Shown here one piece after another: positions 26,272 to 40,587 of a DNA stretch of 64,000 bases. The stretch is taken from assembly GCF_009834535.1 (NCBI RefSeq), contig NC_045697.1:39992001-40056000 (forward strand). The letters are read 5' to 3'. The notes beneath the pieces are model-generated. The model was not told the DNA's origin. It worked only from the letters and a program-made list of their open reading frames with translations, and ran no database searches. A program made the translations under genes and the position numbers. This DNA is from Camelus ferus (lineage: Eukaryota). Within the stretch, counting starts at the first letter, position 1. Each line of letters opens with the position of its first letter.

Positions 26272-29200
26272 GTAAGTAAAACAATCTCATTCCTTAGGGT
26301 CCTGGGGAATTTTGGTTAAAAAGGAAACAATTTAATTAAGCCCTTTAGGGGTGGGAATTTTAAAATAAGCTTATTGTAAGGACGCTTATATTGAAAATGA
26401 TTTTTTTAATAATCACTTTAAATGCTGTTTGGAATCAATACTAATGGTAGTATCTCACTTTTAAATGAAATATGTTGAAGATTTTCTTTTTTAGAAATCG
26501 AAGCTCCAAAATGATTCTGATATTGAATTTCAATTTTAAAAAGGTAAAAAAAAAATTAAAAATCTGTTTGCTCATTTTATGGACAAGAGGTCTATACAAT
26601 GAGAGAGTTTATTGCTTTTGTTTTTTTAGATGAATCTGATGAGCAAGTACTGAAATACACTACAGGGTAATCTCATCTAGCCAAGGGGTCATTGTCCAGA
26701 CAAGAAGAAAATTGCAATAATTGGTCCTAAGTAGGAAAGGACAATGGCTAATGTGTACTACTTTGTATAATTAGAAGGAAGGTATTTTTTTCTTCCACTT
26801 CTTAAAAAAAAGCTTGATCTTGCAGCTTCCCTGTGGTAACTAGTGATATTTTTGTTTTTATTTGTTAAACACAAGGGCTGAATTTTAGAATTTGTGTACT
26901 GTATGTCCTTAAACTTTGAAAGTAAAATGTTTCTGATTTTGACTAAATTTATCAAAAGTATTTCACGAAAATGTAGCTCATGTTTTCTAGTCGGCAGGCC
27001 CCCAAATTTATTGCTTTTAATCTTGAAAGCTGCTGCAGCACCATTTAAATGTATGCATATAGACCTCGTAACTAATTTGAAAATGAATCATGCAATACAA
27101 TTAGTCTGTGTTTGGTTCATCCTTTTGTTAAAGGAGGTCAAAGTGTCCTCACAGCAATTTTTTTTTTTTTTTTTTATAATTTACAGTCTTATTGCATAGG
27201 GATGGAAATTCTCCCCATTTCACAGATAAAGAACTGAAACTCAGAGAGAGGTAAAAGGTCAGTTGCAGAGTTAGGGCTAGGACGTTCCTGGCACCCACTG
27301 TGGCCTCTCTCACGAGCATATTTAATGATGAGGGGAGATGACTCTATTTGCCATCTTAAGAGGTATTTCCTCCCCCTTTTCGAGAACCTTATCATCATCA
27401 TACTTCTCAGAAGAGTGTTTGAGTGAGTCCACTCTCTTTGTTCAGGGATTTATTTTCATGTTTATAGATTATTCAGGCCCATTTTCTCTTCTTCATGCCT
27501 TTGGATATTTTTTTCCCCTTCTGGCTGGCCCCTCACCTTACGAAAATAAGGGTTGAGAGAGGGTAAAGTTTAGCATAGGATTCTGTTCTTGTTCCTAATG
27601 GGTAAAACATATGAAGGCAAAGAGGACATTCAAACTCTCTTATAGGTTTATTTTTATAACTCTGAATATTGGTAATGCTCTTATTTCATCCATAACCAGG
27701 TCGGCTGTATCTCACACCGCAACGTTTATGGGCTGTAGTGCAGGTGGTGTGCCCCAGTTGTTCTGTAAAAGGTAGAGCTTACTGGGCAAGGTTTTCAGAC
27801 GAGAATGTTCAAGTTTATCATAGGAACGTGGCCAATAATAAAAAAAAGTTAACCCCTTCATAGTTGCAGTCAACCCTTTTGTAAAGGATCTAATTGACGA
27901 AGATGCTTAAAACAATGATAGATTTCTTATAAAATGTGAGAGGACTTATTTCATTTATTTAGTAATAAATTACAGTTAAAGGGAATTTTGAACTTAGGGA
28001 AGGAATTTACTTAACTTGCCTACCTTAAAAGAAACTTTCTAAAGATACCTTTCTCACATAGTCAGTTGTGCAAAGAAATTAATCATAGAAATGTACTTCA
28101 TTTTTAATAATGAAATGAAGATGTATTTAACTTAGTTCTGTCATAGAGTTTGAGTTAATAATCTGAGAACTTTCATAAGACATTCAGAAATTTTTATTCA
28201 ATGGCCAATTGCTTGCAAGTATCATGGAAGGCGACAGGATGATGTTACTAAAAGAAAAGGAAAGGGTCTGTTATGACATTGTTATTCTTAAGTCTTATTT
28301 TGTATGTATTCTTATAGACCAGTTAGTCTGTGTGGTTTTTTAAAATGAGTACTTTAAGAACAGCTTTAAAATTTATTCTTAATAAGTTGCCATGGCTTTC
28401 AAAGATGGCAAAAATTGTCTTGATATTTGGGGCTTATTTTATCAAATATATTAAAGTCACGAAAGAGAGAATGCTATATGTTGTTTAACTTTTCAATTGG
28501 TGGATTAAAAAAAAAGTATACCACTTAAGATTTCAAAGTTATTTAAATTAAAAACTTTTTTTTAGGTTTTAGTAAGAACTGAAGTGGTATCAGTGTTGTA
28601 AGAGTGGATAATATTCTTTCTGGCATAGCTATAAATAGGACCAGTGCTAGTTAAATAAAACTGAAGTAAGTAGTTTGCCCTCTCCAATCTCTTTCATCTT
28701 CTCTTGGCATCAGCTCCTTTGCCCTCCTTGAACCCTTCCCGTGAACAGCCTGAGGGTAGGGACCATGGCTTACTCATTTATGACTGTCCAGAGTACAGCA
28801 CCCTGCAGAGACTCTGGAAGGTTCTCATTCAGTAATTATTTGCACTGTACTGATCTCCATTGCCTGCTCTTTCTCACCAAAGTTATTATGGCTTATTCCT
28901 TGATCATCCTATAGCTGACTTAACCAAATTATTAATATAATTTATAGATGTTAATGAGTTATCACTTATGGAAGGATTTGAATTTTCAGTTGGGGAAACC
29001 TGAAAAGAGGTTGGTTAAATCACAGGAATGAATCACTAATGGTGGAATTTCAGGTAGGGAAGAACGCCTCGCATCATATGGTATTAGCTTTCTTAACAGA
29101 GTGAAAATAATCAAACATGCTCATCTTTTCAAGATGTTGGTCCAAAGCTGTTATATCTGCATAAAATACTTCAAATTATTTCTCATTAGCATTTGAAATA

Positions 29201-30848
29201 TTTACAATTTCAGTTTAAAATGGGGGTAGTCTGAGGAGAATAAAATCAGAATGCCACTTTTCAAGAAACAGCCTTTAAGAAATTGCTGGCTATTTTTAAT
29301 TGATTTGTTGTTGATGAATTTTGAGTTTATCCTTATGTACAAATAGCTAATTTCATCATCATCTTTGAATATTTTATATTCATTTTATGCCAGTCATATG
29401 TGTTTTTACAGTTAATGAAACCAGCCAGTAAGTTCAAATGATATCCCATTAGTCTATTGTTTATGAACAAATTGTCACTTAAAACAAAGCAGATGGTAGA
29501 AAATTTAGATTATATCCTATAAACTCTTCAAAGTGTTTCTAGATTGCTTAAGATTTGAAAGCAACAAAGCTCCCCAAGAGACAAATGGATCAAAAAGAGA
29601 AGACTTGCTCTGACGTTCAGAGTGGGAGACGTTGGTGGCAGCATTGTGAGTCTCATTGGAAACTTCCATGCTCTTCATATTACTTGATCTCTTAATGGAA
29701 GAATTAAATAAACTACAAAATAACCAGTGTTAGAAATGCAATGTTTTTGATTACCCTTCTTAGGCTGGAGGCAGCCAAAAGTAAAAAAATAGGGACCGCG
29801 GGTATTCTTATTGTGCTGTTACTGCTTCAACTCGGTACTTCGATTTACTGTTTATGATTCATACATGTCTAGAACACCCATTTTTCATAAGTATTGAAAC
29901 TGTATTGGTTCATACATATTATTGTTTACACAGTTGAATAATTACTGGGGGGGGATTATACCTTGAAAAGTACAGCTTTTACTCTTTATGTTGCTATTCA
30001 AAATCTTGATCATTTTTCTTTTGATGTATCGACCTGCAACACTGGGGGAAACAAAGAGCTGCAGAAACATCTGTTTTATAAATTATAAAAAATTGTAAAC
30101 ATGCATTAGAGCTCAAGAGCCTTACTAGCCTTTATTTAAACAAATTAATTGTTCTACTCAAAAGATGCCTTCTAGATACTAAATCACTGCATTAAGTACC
30201 ATTAACAAATATGATACTTCTTGTATCCAGTATAGGAGGTGTTTTGATTCCATCCTGATATGTACTTAAATCCCAGTAATTTGGTGGTATACTGTAGTTT
30301 ATGTCTTCTCTAATATGCTTGTCAGATATGAATTATTCACTGCTATACCCATGAATTTTCCCTTTTGTTATTGGGACAATTCTGATACTGAAAACAAACA
30401 TTTACAGTGCATTGTTTTCAACTCAGTAAAGGTACTGATTTACTCTTCAAGACTGAGTGTGAGTGTCATGTGCATGTGAACATGGGTGTGTGTGTGAGTA
30501 TGTAGATGTATGTCTGTGTCACCACATATGTGTCTTGGTACACATGCATTTGTATGTAGTTTTTCCTACCTGGAGAAGCCACAAAACTAGTAAGTATTAC
30601 TCTGTGATGAAAAAAAGAGACTCAGCTACAAAATACCATCAACTTGGGCAAATTGAGTTTTGGAATCGTTGATTTGGCATCTCCTGGAATGTTATGTAAT
30701 TTGCTAGTGAAATTTTCACCAATATAAAACCCCTTCCCCTTATTTTGCAGCTCTTTTTCTATCCTCCCCTGTGTTGCAGGTTTGTAATGTTTGAGCACAC
30801 TTCCTGGGTGAATTTCCTATTTGCCTCTGTGCGTGTTATTTGTGGCAG

Positions 30849-31039
30849 AGAACTGTGCCTGGTCAGCAGCTCTAGACCTGGAGCCCGTGGACACTATTTG
30901 CTGGGCTTCAGTGGAAAGAGAGATCTGCTTAATTTTGTCCCAGGTGATGGAGTCCAGCGGTTCCTAGCCTGGACTACGGGAAGGTTCCCACATCCTCTTT
31001 GTCCCATTAGTTGAGATGACTTGCAGTAGAAAATGTCCA
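30849..31039 (+). other. PPM1K: Putative PPM1K alternative/poison exon in intron 3
   Basis: Acceptor tggcag| at 30848; spliced to exon 3 it reads ENCAWSAALDLEPVDTICWASVEREICLILSQVMESSGS* (TAG 30965-30967); donor CCA|GTGAGT at 31039/31040. Confidence 0.6.
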
Positions 31040-33135
31040 GTGAGTGTTAAGAACTTATTGAAAGATGTCTTAGTTTTATAGTTTTGTTGTTAGGGAAAAA
31101 AGTGAGAATTTTTACTTCCATGTTCAATGTTAAACGACAATAAATGCTGATTTAATATTTATATCCTTAGATGCTTAGCAAACCAGGATCAATAGTTTTA
31201 AAAACTTTCCCATTAATCCTGGCATTTTGGAACTGTGAAATTGGGTTAGTGAAAACTCAAGCTCTTTTAAATTCCTAGGCAGCAAAGCCATGAATTATAA
31301 TCCGAAATGGCTAAACTTGAAGTTTTCATTTATGAAATTTTAACTCTTTTTGATGTAGCCAATTAAAAACTACTTTAAAACCAAAGCTACTGTTGACAGT
31401 TTAAACAAATGAGAGGAATACCAAACTCCCTAGACAGGTAGCATCTGAGTAAAATTCCTGTGTTTTCTTCCCTGGCTCTTCCAATCATTCAAAAAGATTA
31501 CAGTGGTTAAACTGTGAAGATTCCCTTGCAAAGTGTTTTAGGAAACTCAAGAGTTGGCATTTGTAATTTAAACATCACTGATACTTACACTAAAATATTT
31601 GTGTTGTACGATGACAATATATAATATATTTTAGCATTGCCAAGATATTACTACTTTGGCACAACAGTTCCAAAATCAAGAGATAAATGGGAAGATAGTG
31701 CAACTATAAATGTTACTTCTCAATAAAGTAAATTCAGCATGGATATAAAAGATTAAACAGGGTTTATTCATATTTTTTCCACGTTATTTTTCTGATTAAA
31801 GCAGGCATTTTAATGATCTGATTGGAAAATATATGCATATATATCTTTCCAAAATGCATTGCTGATGTTGTTTAAATTGTCTTTAAAAATATTGGAAAGA
31901 TGGTCAAATCAGCAGCAATTCATTTTTACTAAATCCACCTTTGAAGTCAGAATCATCTTTAATTGATCACCTGAATATTTCACTTAGATGCTTTAAAGAA
32001 TTAACCATGTTACTGAAGATAATACCTGCTTTAAAATAAGTTATCTTTTTCAATTTCTTCCAACTTGCTTTACTTTTTAGCCCATAATTTCATAGCATTC
32101 TTTCACTTTTGACAAGGCTCAATGCACCTTCAAAATTTTTAACAAATATTAAGGAACTTAGGACAGACATTTTTGGGATAAATAAATGAAAAATGCACTT
32201 TGGGTTGGATGGGGAAACAGTGGCGACCTCAAGCCAAGTAACGTGTAATTTTGTTATTAATCAGAGGAAATGAATATTCTTGGAATGCTCTGGGCCCAGG
32301 GCATGACCACAGCAGGAGCACTTGGCAGTGCTGTCCTGCATTTGGGTACAGACTAATTGTACTAGATCTTGCTGGAATCAAAAATGTGAACTACACCAAG
32401 CTTATGGGAAACTGGAATGAATTTCATTCCTGGCCTTCTAGACTTTGTCCCAATATAATGATGGCTGTAACTTTATTTCATGTCTAGAGAGAAATAAGAT
32501 AAACAAGAAAAGAATGTGAACCTTTAACCATTTTAGGATTTTTTTTTTTTTTTGGTGAGCATATGTAGAATTAAAACAGTTGTAGAAGGAAAGAATATAA
32601 AATATAGAACTTGAAGAGTAAATGGTATGCACTTGGCATATTTTAGCCTATTAACTGATCATACTTTCACAGGATAGGATAAAGAAATGGAAGAGAGAAC
32701 CTAAGTGCATAGATTATAGAAAAGTCTGCTTGCCTGAATGGGCTCTGTAGACCTAGATTAGCCAATCTAATTAAAATGTCATATTTTTAATCTTGACAAC
32801 TGATGTACACACAAAGGTGTCATAATGATAAATTCAGGTGAGCTCTAGTTTATATAAATAAAAGCCATTTGGAAACAGTGATGCATTTTTTTTTTTTACC
32901 AAATTGTTAGCAACTTTTTCTGTTTGCATGGAGCCTTGTTACTGAATTAAATACTTCTTTCTCTGCATGCCATTACTTACATAGTTCATTTGCATTTTAT
33001 TTGCATAGCTCTAGTTATATTAGAAAGATACATTTTGCATTAGTTTAACACACCTGTGTTTTCGTTTGTAACAAAAATTCCATATCCAGTCATTTGACTA
33101 TCACAGACTTACATTCTTTTTCATAATGTTTGCAG

Positions 33136-33301
33136 CAACCCTTCTGACCTCTGGGACTACTGCAACAGTAGCCCTGTTGAGAGATGGTATTGAACTGGTT
33201 GTGGCCAGTGTTGGGGATAGCCGAGCAATTTTGTGTAGAAAAGGAAAACCCATGAAGCTGACCATTGACCATACTCCAGAAAGAAAAGATGAAAAAGAAA
33301 G
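33136..33301 (+). CDS. PPM1K: PPM1K exon 4
   Basis: tgcag|CA ACC...[52 protein letters not shown]|gtacca; 166 nt. Confidence 0.97.
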
Positions 33302-33461
33302 GTACCAACCACCTCCACTGATCAATCTTTCTATGAGGATGATATTTATATAGTTCAAGATAGAAATGAAACCTTGTGTTTTAGACTGATTTCATGCTGA
33401 AGTTTAGCCGTCCCTTGGTTTTGAGTGTTACATCATAGTCTTTTCACTTTTTCTTGACCAG

Positions 33462-33606
33462 GATCAAGAAATGTGGGGGTTTTGTAGCTTGGAATAGTTT
33501 GGGACAGCCTCACGTGAACGGCAGGCTTGCAATGACAAGAAGTCTTGGAGATTTGGATCTTAAAACCAGTGGTGTGATAGCAGAACCTGAAACAAAGAGG
33601 ATTAAG
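33462..33606 (+). CDS. PPM1K: PPM1K exon 5
   Basis: ccag|G ATC AAG...[13 protein letters not shown]...KRIK|gtagga; 145 nt. Confidence 0.97.
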
Positions 33607-34614
33607 GTAGGAGGGGACTTGGAAACACTTGATACTCAGGCACGAAATGAGTGCAGGATTGTCTCCAACTGCGGGCTTACTTTGAAGCCTCAACGGAAGC
33701 CAAAATGACTTTATAAAGAAGCGGTTTATGGAAGGATAGATAAACTTTTCAGATAAAAGAAGATACTCCTTTCTGGCCTAATGTACATGACCAGTTTTTT
33801 TTTGCACCCAGCTGTGGAATTTGCCTGGAAGCATGGTGCTCCAGTGTTTCCTGACCTGCACATGATCGTGAGCGTTGCCTTTCCTTGGAAGCCGATCCTG
33901 ACTTCCCTTGTCCACCAAGCTAAATAACCACCCCACGTGTATTTCTGTGACGTCTTTTGCCTGCTGCTAATCATAGCCCCCATTATGCTATACTTCCCCC
34001 AGTGTCCACCCAGGGTGAGCTCATCCTTCCCCTCTGCAACCCCCAGCCTGCTCGAGTACCTGGCATGTTGTAGTGTAGGCTCCAAGTAATGGCAGCAAAT
34101 GATTGTTAATTAATTGAACAATTTTGTCTTACAGATGTCCCACTTAATATTCATTTCGTCTAACAGATACTTATACAGGGATTGACTATGTGACTATGTG
34201 TTCTGGTCAAAATAGCTACTCCTACCCCCATTTTACAGAGAAAACCAATCCAGGGCATGTAGATTTCAACTTACCTACTTTTGCCCAGCTGAAAAATAGA
34301 GGCAGGTTTCACACCCAGGAAGCCTGGCTCCAGAAACAGTGCTCACAGTCATTACCTCATGCTGCCTGTCAGCATTTGGCTATCTGGTTTCTTCCTCTGT
34401 GGCATTACTAAGTAAATGTTAGGTTTGTCCTCCGCAGTTGATGCTCAGTGTTGCTATTTTTGCCCTAAATACAGGTCTTCCATTTTTACACTGTTTGCCT
34501 GCAAGCTCAGAAACACAGATGACCACTCAGCAAACAGAGAAAATCTTTGAATTATGAAGATTATTCTAAGGCTGAGTCTGGTTTATAATCCTGTGCCTTT
34601 GGTTCTGATTGCAG

Positions 34615-34749
34615 CTACATCATGCTGATGACAGCTTCCTGGTCCTCACTACAGATGGAATTAACTTCATGGTGAACAGTCAAGAGATTTGTGACTTCAT
34701 CAACCAGTGCCATGATCCCAATGAAGCGGCCCATGCAGTAACTGAACAG
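34615..34749 (+). CDS. PPM1K: PPM1K exon 6
   Basis: tgcag|LHHADDSFLVLTTDGINFMVNSQEICDFINQCHDPNEAAHAVTEQ|gtgaca; 135 nt. Confidence 0.96.
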
Positions 34750-35304
34750 GTGACACAGCAGACTGCTTAAAAAGTCTCAGATAGGAGGAAGAGAGGAGGA
34801 CAAAGCCAGGTGCAGGTCTCCGTGCAGCCTGGAGGGGCCACCACTGGCTGGAGATTTCTCTGAAATCTTGTGTTTTAGTTTTAGTATTACAATGAATTTT
34901 ACACTTGGCTCCATAATAAATTCTGAATGTCTAGAAGCAGAATTGCTAAGTCAGAGCTAACACTTACGAATGAATCCTGTATTAGTCCCTATGCTAAATG
35001 CTTTACGTGTATTTTCTTCTGCAGGAGCTGCATATCTTGAACCTTAGTCCACTGGTATATCTATTGCCAAAAATGCTACAGTGGCATACAGATAATATGG
35101 TTATTTTGGGTCATCAGTGATTCTATCTGCAATGTAGAAAAATGTGGGCATCGATACCCGGTGAAAGAAGCACAAACCGCTGTGAAATAATTGTGTTAGT
35201 AACTAGGTGTTAAACTGGTTTGGCCTTCCAGAGGAAGTTTGATTTCTTTTTGTACAGACTCTTATTTCCATTGTGTTTCTCTTCCTTTCTACCATCCCTT
35301 GCAG

Positions 35305-35436
35305 GCAATACAGTATGGTACTGAAGATAACACCACTGCAGTAGTAGTGCCTTTTGGTGCTTGGGGAAAATACAAGAACTCTGAAGTCAGTTTCTCGTTC
35401 AGCAGAAGTTTTGCCACCAGTGGACGATGGGCCTGA
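35305..35436 (+). CDS. PPM1K: PPM1K exon 7 (last coding exon)
   Basis: tgcag|[23 protein letters not shown]...SGRWA TGA; exons sum to 440+101+166+145+135+132=1119 nt = 372 aa + stop. Confidence 0.97.
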   Translation, partial: AIQYGTEDNTTAVVVPFGAWGKYKNSEVSFSFSRSFATSGRWA

Positions 35437-37474
35437 TCGCTGACTGGGACTTGGAGTTTCTGTGCAACAGTTTTTCACTGAGTGTGTCAAGAAACTGATT
35501 AGATTAAAAAGTCAACCATACCGAGGTAGCCCTAGGACTAACTAGACCAGTACACAAATCAGTGTGAACTTAGTAACCACTTACATAGTAGTTTTTCATA
35601 AATACCCACCATATTTATGTTCAACTAACTGCACATACTCAGTTTAAGCATATGTGTAATTCAGCTATTGTGAGTGAGTCTCTGAGTTGAGTGAGCAAAT
35701 GAAAAATGGTTTTGATACACTTGCTGAGTGTGAAAGTTCTAATTTTTAAAACCCCTGATCTAAAACACTAATCATTGCCCCCATTACATTCTAATTCTCA
35801 TTTTTAAAACTCTAAGGCAGCTATGAGTTTCTTTTGATCATGTCTGATCTTTTTTCGTTTGACCAGGTTCTTGCCTTCAAGTTCTTTAAAACTAGTTAAT
35901 ATTCTGACAAATACTCAACGTGTTATCTGCAAGTGTTTATTTTAAATAACTGTACCAAGGAGTAATTACGAAAACTGAGTTCTCTGTTACTATATTTTGT
36001 ATTCTGGATCACTTACTGGTAAATGTAACAATGCAAAAGAAATCAATTCAGATAACATGACACTGCTAAACTGTATACATATGTACAACAGTGCACTTAC
36101 GTATTTTAGCTGTGTCTCCCTGTCTCCACTGCCCCTACTCAATTCATTCCTATTTTTCTGTAGCTAAGAATGTTACATAGATATGACTGTTCCTTTATAT
36201 GAGAAAAGAATGCCCAGGCCGAGAGTTCATTGCTCAAAGCTACACAAAGTCAAATACTGCTAGTATCAAGCATTTTGTATAAAGTTGCCATTTGTTATCT
36301 CCAATTCTATGTTTTATGTTCTGTGTATAGTATGTTTATATCGCTTTTTATAGAGTAAGCAAGTTGGATAATTTGTCGGTAAAAATAATCCCCTACATTG
36401 ACTGATAATTGCTACAGACATATCTTGAGGTTTATGTCTCCTTTTTCTAGACTCATAAGAAAGACTAAATCTTAAAAAAAAAACAAAAAAACTTCTTTTT
36501 TAGCTTGCTATGTAACTGAGGAATGTAAAACCATATTTCCTTATATCTGTGCATAAGTTTGCTGTTAAAATGTGAATCTCTAAATGTGCGTATGGAATTG
36601 TATCTGCAGTTTATTTCTGCAGACAGTGTAAATTTGTTATATGTGTAGGTGTATGTACATATGTATATTTTTGACTAACAGAAAATTAAAGGGAACAATC
36701 CTATGTAGCTCTTTCACCAGTTAGCTTTAAATTATTCATATGTTTATCTCTAAGGACTCTTCATAAACTGAGGGAAGTTTTATTGTGGAGAACCAATGGT
36801 TACTGGCAGATGAGGAAATAGGATTAAAAACGGCTGTAGGAGATATTCTGTGGTGGGTAACTTATGTGGAAAACCTAGGAACAGGACCAGCATGTTGAAG
36901 CTACATTGCTATGTAGTGTCTGCATATAAAATAATAGGATGTGAGAAAAATACCAAGGGTTAAGAATGACATGGAGTTTTGTTGTAGAAACAAAAGAAAA
37001 AACAGAAAGATAACATTGATGTACCTTCAACTCTTAGTTTTCAGAGTTGGCTTTTTTTTTTCTTTTTTTAATTTTCATTTCTTTATTAGAAAGAAGAGAG
37101 CACAATATAAATAGTCCCATTTTCTCCTCACCTGTTTGGGAATGGAAGAAAATAGATCCTGAGTTTTCTTGCCTATATTAGTCAGGAACTGTCCTTTGGA
37201 AAAAAGTGGTTAAAAAAAAATTGCTTTTTTTTTTTTCAAGAAAGTTTAGTGAAAGAAAGAAAAACGTTTCAAGAAAGAATATGGTCTCCAATTCATTGCC
37301 TGGGAAGTGAGGAACCAAAGGTAGACTAAGAAAGCTGGAAAATTTTCTTGCTGTTTCTGAGTCAGGTCTTGGGACATAAATATGGAAGCTACACTTAGGA
37401 GTATGGAGAATTTCCAAACTAACAAGCAAATGGAAACTAAAGCACAAAATGGCCTTCTAAAGCTGTGGGTTTTA

Positions 37475-37566
37475 GGGGGAGGATATAGCTCAGGGGTAGA
37501 GCGTGTGCCTAGTATGCACAAGGTTCTGGGTTCAACCCCCGGTACCTCCATCAAAAAATAATTAAT
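37475..37566 (+). mobile_element. vic-1-like SINE in the PPM1K 3' UTR, with TSD
   Basis: tRNA-like head with A/B boxes; TSD taaagctgtgg(g/a)tttta at 37458-37474 and 37567-37583. Confidence 0.9.
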
Positions 37567-39177
37567 TAAAGCTGTGGATTTTATTTTTACTTCGAATTCT
37601 TCACATTGCTATTCCTCTCGGTGACTTTAAAAACTAAGAGTGGAACAATGTTGAGTTCAAAGGTCTAAGAGTCACTGATGCATTGTAAACATTGCCAGGT
37701 GTGACAGAGGCATTTGTGGGGCACGTAGGCATTGATCAGGGGTGGACTTTCCTCTGCTCCACCTGAAAGTTTTTAAAGCCCGAAACTAGTCAGCCTTGAC
37801 TAACTGGTGTTTGTTTTTCAAGCCACAATGTTGAAGTATAAGTTACAGATTATTGTAGTCCATAAAAGAAGCATACTTGTATTAGGCTTCTAAGTCTATT
37901 GCTGGGAATTATGCAAATAGTAGTGGGGAAAAAAGGACTCTTCTGAATATAAATTTTTAGTTACAACTGTGAATTTGCCATGTGGTTATCACCATGTGGG
38001 TATTGGTATGCTGTAAATTACATTAATGTAATTAAGCTTAAATCAGTTGTATTTATATTTGCCTTTCATTTATGTGTAGTATATAAATCATCTTTCTGAA
38101 ATGTGTTGCCACACTTTATTTGCCAACATTTATTTGGCAAGATAATCTTAAAATCATTGTGATTTTTCACAAGTATAAATTCTTAAGTACCTTATGTATC
38201 CAAATATAAATACAGTCTTGCTTTCCATCAACTGTTACAGACCCTTGTGTTAAGTGCTTCAAAGTTTTATGCATTTTTTTCTGGAAAAAAAAAGTTTTGG
38301 AGGAATCAGTTTTGAATTTCTGTACTCTATGATGGGGACATTTCTCAAGTTGCAACATTTAAAAACTTACTTTGAAGAACTATTAGCATGTAATTTAAAT
38401 ATTAATTATGTTTTCAAAGTGGAATTTAGTTTTTTTATGAATCTTGGCAGAGAATGAGTGCTCTCTTCATCTATGCTAACTCTTCAGTATCAGGCGTGAC
38501 ATTTCGTTTCCTTTCTAAGAATGGACAAGGAGTTAATTTAATGGTAATAAGAAAATGCTTCAAAGCGGGTGAGGGGAAGGGATGGTTAAAGTTTAGCATC
38601 AGCATCGAACCATTAATCACAAACATATCTTTGTATTTTCTTTTAGTTGCTCAGTTGTTCACATACTCATGTCTATGGAAAGTGACATAAAATTTTGGTT
38701 GGGTTACATTTTATTATGTTTATTAGATTCAGTTATCTAGATGACTTCAGCAGAAATAATAAGTCATGTATTTACAAGCCAGACTGTGATAATCTGCCTA
38801 TTGGTTCTGGCATTTGGAATGAGACCGCTTGACTCTCTGGCAGCTCTCTTTGGCTGTTAGTTGGTTGAGACAGTCCATTGATGGTCATATCGAGCCTTGC
38901 AGGCTGTGAAATCATGGTGTTGTTCCAGCTCCAAGAATGACTCATCTTCCACTGAATTCTTGTACAGAATCTTGCAGTTTGCTGTGTCCCACATTAATTT
39001 CTGCCAAAGTGCTCTCATGTACATTTGTTTTACAATTTACCAAAGTACTAATTGAATGCATAGCACTTCTGTAGAGAGTTGATGTCATTGCTGCTTGGAC
39101 CATTGTTTTAAGTGTATGTATTAGAGTAACTGTAAGCATACTAAAATCACATATCTCTGCATTCAAAACACCATTTT

Positions 39178-39620
39178 AATAAAGTACATCCATTAAACAC
39201 TTTTTAAAATCCAACTGTGTTTATTTGGCATCCAGACATTCCAACATTTATTATATGACCCTGTGAAGACTGATAAAAAGGAGTCAATGAATGGTTGGAA
39301 TTTTTTAGCACCAAATTCTGGCTGTTTGCAAAATTAATGTGAAGAATCTTTGAAAAAAGTGTATACACTTAACTCCAAATCTTTTTGATTTGATATAAAA
39401 CAAAATTTGTTTCTTTCATTTCCCTCTTCTAAAATATTTGTTGGCACATCAGAAGAAAATAGTTGTGATGATTTCTACAGTATTTTGCCTGTGATAGATT
39501 TCACTGCAGCATCTCCATGTGCTAAAAATTAGAAACAAGTGTTTGGCAGGGATACTGTAGAACTCAGCATTATGTATTTAACATAAGCAATTTTTAATGT
39601 CCTGTCATTTATTGAATAAA
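39178..39620 (+). terminator. PPM1K: Candidate PPM1K poly(A) signals
   Basis: AATAAA 39178-39183 (followed by ATTAAA and GU-rich ctgtgtttatttgg) and AATAAA 39615-39620. Confidence 0.55.
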
Positions 39621-40587
39621 AAGTCACAGTTTCAAACTATTGTCACAAAGATCTCTTCTGGAGTAGCTCTTAACGGTAACTTGGTAAACTCCTTGGCAGA
39701 AGAGATCTATTTCATTTTGTTCAAACTCCGGACCTAGCACTTTTGATATGTTTATCAATGAGGAGAAAATGTTTGTTGAATCATGAATGTTTGTTGAATG
39801 AGTGAGTTAATGCACTGAATTACACTTTTATTAATTTTATATTAGTGGGGAAATGGGCATTAAATATCTAAAATATTAGCCAAACAGTATTTAATGGTGA
39901 AGGAATACTATTTCACCTCTTTTGGTGTTTCTTTAGACAATGATCAATTATGCCTTGTAAAGTATAAGTTAGTATAATACGGTTCAGAACAGGGAAGCCT
40001 TTCTAATTATCATTTTTACAGATGAGGAACTGGAGCCTCTGAGTAGCTAGTAATGGCAGATTCCAATTCAGACCCCTTTGAATTCAAAGTTTATGTTCCT
40101 TTTATCTCACCATACCTCCTTTATATATTAGCAAAAGCAAAACCAATTCATTGTTATCTAACATCATCTGTTAACATCCATCTGCAGAAGGCTCTCTGGT
40201 GGACATGAAAGAGTTACAGAGACATGATAAAGAAACTAACTTAGTGGATGAATGAGCATACTAAGAGATAGTAACTGAGCATTTGTCACATAAAACTAGG
40301 GTAGAGAACTAAATTATGTCCAATCAAAAAGAGTAATAACTGGGGAATAAGTGTGAATGAGTGAACAAAATAATATCTTAAGCAGTATAGTGTTAAGAGG
40401 ATCACTTATGGAAGTCCAGTAAGTTAGTTGACCAACAATAAGCATTTATTGAGAATCTATTGCTTATGTCAGTAAATGACACTAGTGTGGGTCTAGCAGG
40501 GCTTGGGGCTAGTGGTGATTATCTCCCTAGAACTTTGTTAGGAGACTGAGAAGTGAGAAAGTAAATTACACACAAAAAATATGTGTT

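Noticed and set aside
37475..37550. tRNA-Ala-like gene
   Set aside because: It has a TSD and AT-rich tail and there are several diverged copies in the window, so it is a SINE rather than a tRNA gene
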